From: Candidatus Heimdallarchaeota archaeon
Lineage (GTDB): Archaea; Asgardarchaeota; Heimdallarchaeia; Heimdallarchaeales; Heimdallarchaeaceae
Assembly: GCA_019057815.1 (NCBI GenBank)
Contig: JAHLWR010000011.1
Location: 1 to 64,000, forward strand
Length of the DNA: 64,000 bases
Direction of reading: 5' to 3'
Shown here: one piece after another, positions 19,888 through 27,683 of the stretch
Layout: the number at the start of each line of letters is the position of its first letter
How positions within the stretch are numbered: position 1 is the first letter of the stretch
Position numbers and translations under genes: made by a program
The notes under the pieces: generated by a model
The model's database searches: none
Seen by the model: only the letters and a program-made list of their open reading frames with translations
What the model was told of the DNA's origin: nothing

Positions 19888-21294
19888 ATGATTATTTCTA
19901 CTGGTAATGTAGAGCTGGATCAAATGATAGATGGAGGGCTAAGAACAAAATACTGCTATGCAATTAAAGGAACGGCAGGAGCGGGAAAAACGGTATTATC
20001 TCTCTTCATTGCTTTGGGAGTATTAAAGCAAGATATCCCTGTGCTCTTTATCAGTACCGAAGTAGAGTCTGATAGACTGATCGATTACACAAAATCATTC
20101 GAAATCGATATCTCCCCCTATCTTGAAAATAGTATGTTGCGAATAGAGAAAATGACATTAAAGCCAACTGGAGTTAGTTTAGTTCAAACAGGAAAATTTG
20201 ATCTTTCAGCTATAATTGCAAGGACAAAACATATAATTGAATCTATTGGAGCCAAAGTTATAATTTTTGATTCAATTTCAGCTTTCATTGCAGATTTTGA
20301 ACATGAAAAAACAGCTAGAAGCAAGTTTATGGACTTTATTAAGGAAATAACCAATTTGGATACAACATTGATTCTAACATCCGAAATAAGAGAAGGTGAA
20401 GATAAAGCAACTCTAGAAGAATTTCTTGTAGATGGTGTGATAAAAATAAGGACAGATATGCAAAATCAGCAACTCGTTAAATATATCTCCGTTCCAAAAC
20501 TTCGCTCAGCCAAACCTGCAAAAGTTGAAAATACTCTGATAATTGATAAAACAGGATTTACTATCCTTGAAGCGGAGTCGTTACCACTGGTAAAAATAGA
20601 AGGAGAAACACTGGGAATAAAAAGACTCGATGAACTTCTTGGAGGAGGATTCCCTTCTGGTAGTGTAGTTCTCATAGAAAATAACGGAGAAATTGACTAT
20701 TTCCCTCTTTTCTTAAGTACTCTCTATCATTCCTTACATCAAAATAAGGGAGTAATTATACACTCAAATGTACAAATGTACTCCACAAAAATTTTGGAAG
20801 GTTTAACAAATGCAGGGTGTGATATAACCAAATATCTGAACAAGGGAAGTTTAGTTTTTATCGATAAATTCAACCGCTCTGTGACGAGTACTGAAGCAAG
20901 AGAGATTAGTCAACTTCTAAACACTGATGATATGATATCAGTAACTGTTGAACTAATGGAAGCTTTTGAAGGTACAAATCAGAAAGTTACACTGTTTGGT
21001 GACCTTACAGACGATGTTAACATTTTATCAGAAAGTGATTTTTTACGGCTTTTTGCGTTACAATCATTTAATATCAAAGAAAGAGGAGCTATATCTTTCT
21101 CGTTTATCAATTTTAATGCCATAAGTAGAGAAATACTTGCTAGATTAAGAAATACTGCAGATGTAATAATTAGATTCTCAAAATCAGATTATAGTAAACA
21201 TATCGAGTGCATAAAAAGTAGTACAGGAGCAACTTTCTTACCTAAAGTAGTGAAATATAAACAAAAATATCCACTTATTGAAATATTAGATTAA
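19888..21294 (+). CDS. Two-domain KaiC/RAD55-like ATPase; second domain has a degenerate P-loop
   Basis: STGNVELDQM, GTAGAGKT, FDSI, EEFLVDGVI, KLR; second repeat LGIKRLDELLGGGFP with ENNGEIDY in the Walker A position. Confidence 0.9.
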   Translation: MIISTGNVELDQMIDGGLRTKYCYAIKGTAGAGKTVLSLFIALGVLKQDIPVLFISTEVESDRLIDYTKSFEIDISPYLENSMLRIEKMTLKPTGVSLVQTGKFDLSAIIARTKHIIESIGAKVIIFDSISAFIADFEHEKTARSKFMDFIKEITNLDTTLILTSEIREGEDKATLEEFLVDGVIKIRTDMQNQQLVKYISVPKLRSAKPAKVENTLIIDKTGFTILEAESLPLVKIEGETLGIKRLDELLGGGFPSGSVVLIENNGEIDYFPLFLSTLYHSLHQNKGVIIHSNVQMYSTKILEGLTNAGCDITKYLNKGSLVFIDKFNRSVTSTEAREISQLLNTDDMISVTVELMEAFEGTNQKVTLFGDLTDDVNILSESDFLRLFALQSFNIKERGAISFSFINFNAISREILARLRNTADVIIRFSKSDYSKHIECIKSSTGATFLPKVVKYKQKYPLIEILD

Positions 21295-21309
21295 GGAGGT
21301 CTAAGAAAA

Positions 21310-21570
21310 ATTAAAGTCATCTTCTTTACAGGTCCAAGTTGTGGTTGGTGCATATATGTTAAGGATATTCTAATAAATATTATCTCCGAATGTAGCAATC
21401 TTGATTTAGAAATTGTAGACATTTCAAAGGATATAGAAAAAGCATTCGAATATGATGTTATAGCTTTACCAACGATTATACTGCCAAATAGTCAAAGAAT
21501 TATTGGTGCAGCAGATGAAGCATTATTACGAGAACAGATAAAACACTTCTGCATAAAAGAGGAAAATTGA
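21310..21570 (+). CDS. Thioredoxin/KaiB-like fold protein (CGWC); missed by ORF track because it has no ATG/GTG/TTG
   Basis: Open frame 21295-21570: KIKVIFFTGPSCGWCIYVKDIL...LEIVDISKDIEKAFEYDVIALPTIILPNSQRIIGAADEALL; GGAGGT SD at 21295-21300; candidate ATT start at 21310. Confidence 0.85.
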   Translation: MKVIFFTGPSCGWCIYVKDILINIISECSNLDLEIVDISKDIEKAFEYDVIALPTIILPNSQRIIGAADEALLREQIKHFCIKEEN

Positions 21571-21613
21571 AAAAACTCATAATTAATGATCTAACAAAAA
21601 AGGGATAATTTGC

Positions 21614-23386
21614 TTACTTTTTTTTATGAAAATAAGTAAGACTTGCCAAACCTATTAGCGATAACATTAGAATGTAAAATGTGTTAGAAGAAGCGATTAA
21701 TGTAAAATCATAACCAGCTTTTTCCATGTATTCTCGAGCTAGTTCTAAATCATATTTGAAATATTCTAGCTTGTTATCGTATCCAACACATGCATCAGGC
21801 ATTGGGCTTACACCAGGAACACCTATACCTCGCAAATATTCTTCTACTATCTCTTCTTTCGGAATCGCATGGCTTATAGCTTTACGAATATGTTTTGCAG
21901 CTTCAGCTGTTCCTTTAGGTGTTAACTCCCCTGTTCCTATAATTGGATGTTTTAAGTTTATGATTACTTCACGTATTGCTGGAATCTTTGCAATAACACT
22001 TTGTACATATGAGTTATAATCATCTTGATTATTATAGGGAAAGTAATAATAATCCATAATATCTATATTTCCACTATTAATAGCTGCTATTGCGCTATCA
22101 AGGTTGGGTATGACTTTAATAGTCATTTGCTTCAATTCTGGTTGTCTTTTATGCCAATAGGGATTAGGTATCATGGTTAAATTGTTTCTCTGTTCATCGA
22201 ATGTATCTATCATGAATGGCCCACAAGCAGTGACAAGTGTTTCTCCCACATTTTCTGTGAATGGAAGCTCATAAAAAACTGAATCTTCATAAAGATCAAC
22301 TAGTGGTTCTACAATTGATTTGTCTATAATACCATAACTCATTGCTTCTAGAGCACGGAAATGTTTTTCTTTGAAATTAAATTGAATAGTAGTGTCATCA
22401 AAAATGACAATGGAGTCATTATTTTCAAAGAATTTCTCTAAGAAAGCACACTTTTTTGAATTAAGATTATCATCCATATAGAGCTCATAACTATACTTTA
22501 CATCTTCTGCTAACACCTGTTCGCCATTACTAAACTTTGCATTAGAATCGATAGTAACATTATATTGTTTACCATCATCACTTACATTATAACTTGAAGC
22601 AATGGAAGTTTCAAAGAAATGAGAGTTCTGTACTCTTTGGAATAAACCTCTATAAACATTATGCATCCAAAGATCACCAATATGACGATCTTGTGTAATT
22701 ATATTGTATTCATCTATTTCAATGGGAGTTGCAATAATTATCTCTTGATCGTCTGTATCATTCCAAAACTCTGAGAGATATTGGTTAGAAGCCAATAATT
22801 CGTAATCGACTCCAGTTATATTAACTCTAGTATTGATTATTACCCTATCATACAGAACTACAATTGAAGGTAGTTCCTCATATAGTATCGATTGAAGTTG
22901 TTTACTTAGTTCAATCCTTTTATCGTAATCTAGTTCTGAAGTATATTGCTCTAAAATAGAATCGTAAGTACTGTTACTGAATTGATAGATATTATCTCCA
23001 TTTGGTGGTAAACCAGCAGTATCAAAAAGTCCCCTTGGATCCCAGTCAAGGCTCCATAGCCAACCACAAAAGAAGATATCAAAACCTCCTTGTTCATAAG
23101 TTGGAATGTAGTCATAATAACCGGGCTCTCCTACAGGGTAATACCATGTTCTAGGCATAATAATATTCCAATTAGTGTAGTCGCGATAACTGATATTTAT
23201 GCCAATCTTAGGTAACTGATTTTCTACTGTAAGTACCCAGTAATTGGCAATAGGAGCAGATTGAGGAGATAAAAGGTTAACAGAAAAAAGTATTGGAACT
23301 GCATCCTCAGTTTCCGCATTAGAAAAAACTAGTGATAGGAGAAAAATAAATGCGATTACTACTGTTATCGCCCTTTTCATATACAA
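21614..23386 (-). CDS. Family-5 ABC substrate-binding protein, circularly permuted, C-terminal TM anchor
   Basis: SDDGKQY...KFSNGE.VLAEDVKYS lies mid-protein; QLPKIGI...KRIEL..QLQ.IL.EELP lies N-terminal. Confidence 0.85.
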   Translation of the reverse strand: MYMKRAITVVIAFIFLLSLVFSNAETEDAVPILFSVNLLSPQSAPIANYWVLTVENQLPKIGINISYRDYTNWNIIMPRTWYYPVGEPGYYDYIPTYEQGGFDIFFCGWLWSLDWDPRGLFDTAGLPPNGDNIYQFSNSTYDSILEQYTSELDYDKRIELSKQLQSILYEELPSIVVLYDRVIINTRVNITGVDYELLASNQYLSEFWNDTDDQEIIIATPIEIDEYNIITQDRHIGDLWMHNVYRGLFQRVQNSHFFETSIASSYNVSDDGKQYNVTIDSNAKFSNGEQVLAEDVKYSYELYMDDNLNSKKCAFLEKFFENNDSIVIFDDTTIQFNFKEKHFRALEAMSYGIIDKSIVEPLVDLYEDSVFYELPFTENVGETLVTACGPFMIDTFDEQRNNLTMIPNPYWHKRQPELKQMTIKVIPNLDSAIAAINSGNIDIMDYYYFPYNNQDDYNSYVQSVIAKIPAIREVIINLKHPIIGTGELTPKGTAEAAKHIRKAISHAIPKEEIVEEYLRGIGVPGVSPMPDACVGYDNKLEYFKYDLELAREYMEKAGYDFTLIASSNTFYILMLSLIGLASLTYFHKKK

Positions 23387-23706
23387 AACCTTCCTTATAG
23401 TTTATTTCTTAAAATACTAATAAATATTCCGTTAAACATGGTCTGAAAAAAGAATTTCTTTAGAAAAATAATATCAAAACAGCATGTTTTTATTATCCAA
23501 TTAGAGAAAATTCATTCCTCTTTGCATCTTAATGAAAATGGGTCACCCTTCTAATAATGTGCCCCTTATTGAAAGAGGACTTCTAGTCAATCGAAAGAAC
23601 ATAAGTAAGTAATGTATCTTCTAATAAGAAGACCTTAATGCAAACTTAACAGCTTTGATTAAAGCATGTTTTCGAATAGTTTTTTAGAATGAATTAGTAG
23701 TTAGTT

Positions 23707-24333
23707 ATGATGGTTCTTCCTTCTCTTATTACCAATTCATTTTTTCTTGGATATTTGGCTGTTTATATAATTACACATATTCCTTTTGATATTGTAATGT
23801 TAGCTAATCGTGGTAAAGCATCCTATCCTAGACCTAGCTTTAAAACATTTTTTGAAACGTTTGCAGTAATAGTTCCAACCTTAATTTTTTGGTTGTTTCT
23901 ATTCATAAACCCTATAATTTTCTTCAATTCTGGAAAAGACTATGCATCATTAGAAATAAGCTCTTCAACATGGGAGTGGATCATTCGAGTGATTGGTTTT
24001 GTACTATTATCTGTAGGACTATTAATTGGATGTTTAGGGCGAATAGGAAGGGGAGCATATTTAACTAGAAACGAATCTAAACTGGCCACAAACTGGGGTC
24101 ATGCAATAGTTAGACATCCTTCTTACTTTATGTATATAACATGCTTCATTGGTTTACCTTTGGCTAGTTTATCTCCATATCTTCTGATTTTACTAATCGG
24201 TATACCAGGCTACATACTGACCACAATCCATGAAGAAAAAGTCCTCAAAGAAGCGTTTGGTAATGAATTTACGAAATATAAGGAAAAAGTTGGGATGTTA
24301 TTCCCGAAAATAGGATGTAGATTAGGAAAATAG
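23707..24333 (+). CDS. Isoprenylcysteine carboxylmethyltransferase/PEMT-family membrane protein
   Basis: VRHPSY, EEKVL..AFG.EF..YK.KV. Confidence 0.85.
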   Translation: MMVLPSLITNSFFLGYLAVYIITHIPFDIVMLANRGKASYPRPSFKTFFETFAVIVPTLIFWLFLFINPIIFFNSGKDYASLEISSSTWEWIIRVIGFVLLSVGLLIGCLGRIGRGAYLTRNESKLATNWGHAIVRHPSYFMYITCFIGLPLASLSPYLLILLIGIPGYILTTIHEEKVLKEAFGNEFTKYKEKVGMLFPKIGCRLGK

Positions 24334-24337
24334 AAAA

Positions 24338-25510
24338 CTATTTTAGTTTTTCAACACTTCCAAAATCTCTGTAAAGTGAAAATTCTTCGAGTATACTATT
24401 ATCATTTTCAGATAAATCATTCGTTACTATTCTTGCAATCAGTTCTCCAAGACCAGGTCCCAACATATACCCTTGACCGCACAAACCTACGGCATTGATA
24501 TAACCATCAATATCTTTTACTTTTCCAACTATTGGTGAGCCATCTGGAGTCATTGGATATAATCCCCTCCAAGTTCTCCTCATCTTAAGGTGCTTTGTTT
24601 TTGGGATTAATAGAACGATTCTTTCTGCAACTTGGGGTAAAAAGACTGATGTGTCTCGTTCATCTTTTCCTGGGATTATTGGATCAGGTGTCAAGCAGAG
24701 GATGAATTTACCTTCAGCATTTTGATAAAAATAGAAATTGCTTGTTCCTCTTCCTTGTCGCAGGTCAACAACTAGTGGTTCAATAAATTTCTTGACAGGT
24801 TCACTGATTCCAGATTCATGTGAGTCAGGGAATATAGGCAATTCTAGACCAACAAGAGCACCTATCTCTTTCGCATTAGCGCCTGCTGCATTAACTATAC
24901 ATCTAGTTTCATATTCATTTTTTGTTGTTATCACTTTGCTAACTTTGTTATTCTCTAGTCTAATTTCTATAACACTTTCATTAAAGAGATATTTTACCCC
25001 ATATTCTTTCGATTTGCGATAAAAAGCATTTATTGACAAAAGAGGAGAAGCATTACCATCTTCTGGAGAATAAGTTCCTCCTCGTAGACCTTCTTCTGCA
25101 ATGCCTGGGACAAGTTCAACTATTCTGTCTTTATCAACCCAGCTAATATTCAACTCAGCTTCTCTTTGTATTACTAGGTTATCTTTCATCAGTTTCTCAA
25201 GTTCTTCTGTATAGGCAACAAATACATATCCTCCTGAAAACCATTCAATATCATCACCATATTTCTCTTTCCAAGTTGAAAAGATTTCTATGGATCTACT
25301 GCATAATCGTATTTTAGCTGGAGCTGTATGAGTTGCTCTAATACCACCAATAGCTTTTTTGTTTTGTCCTTGTCCTACTGAAGAAAGTTCTTCTATTACT
25401 CCTACCTCTACTCCTTTTTGTGCTAAAGCTAAAGCTATTGGAACTCCAATACTTCCTGCACCAATTATAATTACATCGTAATTTCTACTCATTTTATTCA
25501 TCCTCCTCAT
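24338..25510 (-). CDS. FAD-dependent oxidoreductase, sarcosine oxidase/proline dehydrogenase beta-like
   Basis: IIGAGSIG, VNAAG, W.GLYPMTPDGSPIVG, GQGYMLGP. Confidence 0.9.
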   Translation of the reverse strand: MRRMNKMSRNYDVIIIGAGSIGVPIALALAQKGVEVGVIEELSSVGQGQNKKAIGGIRATHTAPAKIRLCSRSIEIFSTWKEKYGDDIEWFSGGYVFVAYTEELEKLMKDNLVIQREAELNISWVDKDRIVELVPGIAEEGLRGGTYSPEDGNASPLLSINAFYRKSKEYGVKYLFNESVIEIRLENNKVSKVITTKNEYETRCIVNAAGANAKEIGALVGLELPIFPDSHESGISEPVKKFIEPLVVDLRQGRGTSNFYFYQNAEGKFILCLTPDPIIPGKDERDTSVFLPQVAERIVLLIPKTKHLKMRRTWRGLYPMTPDGSPIVGKVKDIDGYINAVGLCGQGYMLGPGLGELIARIVTNDLSENDNSILEEFSLYRDFGSVEKLK

Positions 25511-27590
25511 TGGAACAAAGGAAATGCTTCAGTGGTACTTCCATAAACAAAGGTCTTAGTGTAAATGAAGTGTATTCATCTCTACTTACACCTTCTTCTC
25601 TAAATATTCTATCAATTAGAGCAGTGCAAGTTTTAGCTCCGCAAGCTCCCATCCCTGCTCTGGTTAGTGCTTTGATTTCATTAGCATCCCTAACTCCTTC
25701 CTTAATTAGTACTCTAATTTCTTTAGCAGTTACTCTTTCACATCGACAGATTATTGCTTCATCAGGAATAACTCCTTCATAGAGCTCAATAGGTGTAATT
25801 TTTTCTGTTTGCTCTTTTTTGAAAGATATAGCTTCTGTAGCTATTTCTTTTGGAAGTTGAATAGTTACCAATTGTGTTTTTGGGAAATTTCCAAGTATTC
25901 GAGTCCTCACAACCTTATACGTTCCTAGATCATTTTCTTCTTTATCAACTACTAATATTTCTTCTCCTTCTTCCACTCTTTGCTCAAAAATTTCAGTGGG
26001 AATAGTAACTTTTGGATTATTTGAATCTTCTCTATAATCGACTAAAGTAATAGCTAAACCTGGGCATATTGCAACACATTTAGCGCAACCTATACATTCT
26101 ACTGCATCTTGTTTATGATATTCTGGTAACCCAAGTAATCCTCCTTTAGGAATTACTATTAGATCATTAGGACACACAGAAATACATGGGTTACAAGGTA
26201 TCTCTTGATTACAATGAATTACTGGGTAAATTTCTTCAAAAACGTGGGGTTTTTCTCTCTTAATCACTAGACCAGGTTTGCTTTTGAGGACATTGGATTT
26301 TTCTATCCATTCAACTGGAACTGTTTCTTCTGTTAGTCCTAAAGATATGGCTATTTCCATTCCTCTTATTTTTCCGCTAAACATAGCTGATGAAGCTTCT
26401 GCTATTTCATGTGCGTCACCAGCTGCCCACACTTCCATTTCAGATTCTTTCGCTTTAATATAGAATTCATCCACAGGATCTAGTCCTATAGCTATCAAAA
26501 TTGTATCTACTTTGAAAGTGCGTTCAGTTCCTTTGATAAGTTTGAAATTTTCATCTATTTTCCCAATAGTAACAGAATCAACATGATCTCCCCCATGAGC
26601 AGCAACAATTGTGTGACTTGTATATATTGGAACGCCAAGTCGCCTTAGTTTATCTTCATGAACTTTATATGCTCCACATTTAGGTAAAGCTTCAACCAAA
26701 CCTATTACCTCAATCCCAGCTTGTATCGCATGATAACCAGCGATAATACCTACATTTCCCCCACCAACTATGAAAATCTTGTCACTAGATTTAATCAAAT
26801 CTCTATTCACAAGAGTTTGAAACGCTCCAGCTCCATATACTCCAGGCAGAGTATTTCCTGGAAAAGCTAACATTTTCTCCCTTGCACCGGTAGCAACGAG
26901 TAATTTTTTCGGTTTAATTAAAACATACTTCTCTTCTTTCAGAACACCAACATACTTGTCAGAAAAGACCGAAATAGCTGGACTAGAAAGCCATACTTCA
27001 ATATTTGGTTTTAAATTTATTTGTTTTTCTAAAAGAGCAGCTATTTCAATCCCTCTAGTACCAGCAAACGAATCTTTCACAGAACCAAAGAACTTGTGAG
27101 TTTGTAGGAGGAGCTTACCACCTAGTCTATCTTTATCATCAATAAGTAAAACTTTAGCACCGTAGTCAGCTAAGGTCAAAGCTGCTTGCAATCCAGATGG
27201 TCCAGCACCTATAATTAACACATCGACTTTGATTTCAGGGGTTTTGATTACTTTAATTATTTTATTATCTTCAGGTAAACTTGGAGCTCCAACCAACGGT
27301 TCTACTATCATCCCCCTCTCTACTGATGTCATACAAGATTTAACTGCTATACCATTCACTAACACTGTACATTGAGCACATTGCCCATTAGCACAAAATA
27401 TACCTTGAGGGCTATTATCTCTTTGGTGATAAGAGAAAATCTCTATACCGTTAGCTATTAATGCTGAAGAAAGCATCTCACCCCTTTTAGCTTCATACTT
27501 TTTGCCTTCAAAATAGAAATGGATTATCTCAGATACAACATTTTCTAGTATTGGATGATTTATTATTCTTTTTTGTTCGTTAAAACTCAT
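25494..27590 (-). CDS. Sarcosine oxidase/proline dehydrogenase alpha-like, with fused ferredoxin and BFD-like 2Fe-2S domains
   Basis: FCANGQCAQC, GAGPSG, ATGARE, CNPCISVCP, CIGCAKCVAICP, CRCERV, GMGACGAKTC. Confidence 0.9.
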   Translation of the reverse strand: MSFNEQKRIINHPILENVVSEIIHFYFEGKKYEAKRGEMLSSALIANGIEIFSYHQRDNSPQGIFCANGQCAQCTVLVNGIAVKSCMTSVERGMIVEPLVGAPSLPEDNKIIKVIKTPEIKVDVLIIGAGPSGLQAALTLADYGAKVLLIDDKDRLGGKLLLQTHKFFGSVKDSFAGTRGIEIAALLEKQINLKPNIEVWLSSPAISVFSDKYVGVLKEEKYVLIKPKKLLVATGAREKMLAFPGNTLPGVYGAGAFQTLVNRDLIKSSDKIFIVGGGNVGIIAGYHAIQAGIEVIGLVEALPKCGAYKVHEDKLRRLGVPIYTSHTIVAAHGGDHVDSVTIGKIDENFKLIKGTERTFKVDTILIAIGLDPVDEFYIKAKESEMEVWAAGDAHEIAEASSAMFSGKIRGMEIAISLGLTEETVPVEWIEKSNVLKSKPGLVIKREKPHVFEEIYPVIHCNQEIPCNPCISVCPNDLIVIPKGGLLGLPEYHKQDAVECIGCAKCVAICPGLAITLVDYREDSNNPKVTIPTEIFEQRVEEGEEILVVDKEENDLGTYKVVRTRILGNFPKTQLVTIQLPKEIATEAISFKKEQTEKITPIELYEGVIPDEAIICRCERVTAKEIRVLIKEGVRDANEIKALTRAGMGACGAKTCTALIDRIFREEGVSRDEYTSFTLRPLFMEVPLKHFLCSNEEDE

Positions 27591-27683
27591 ACTCTCACCG
27601 AGATTTCAGAAGATAATCAACATCTCTTGTGTAAATGAGTTACTATTAAAATTTTACTTTAACCTTTTTGAAAGAAGAAGGTT

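Noticed and set aside
19888-21294. Bona fide circadian KaiC
   Set aside because: CII lacks Walker A and a recognisable ST phosphosite; no KaiA
23521-23645. Imperfect hairpin (minus strand gaagtcctctttcaataaggggc) and short repeats as another IS605 end
   Set aside because: Too degenerate; lacks the acatagcagaa or gtagttcat hallmarks
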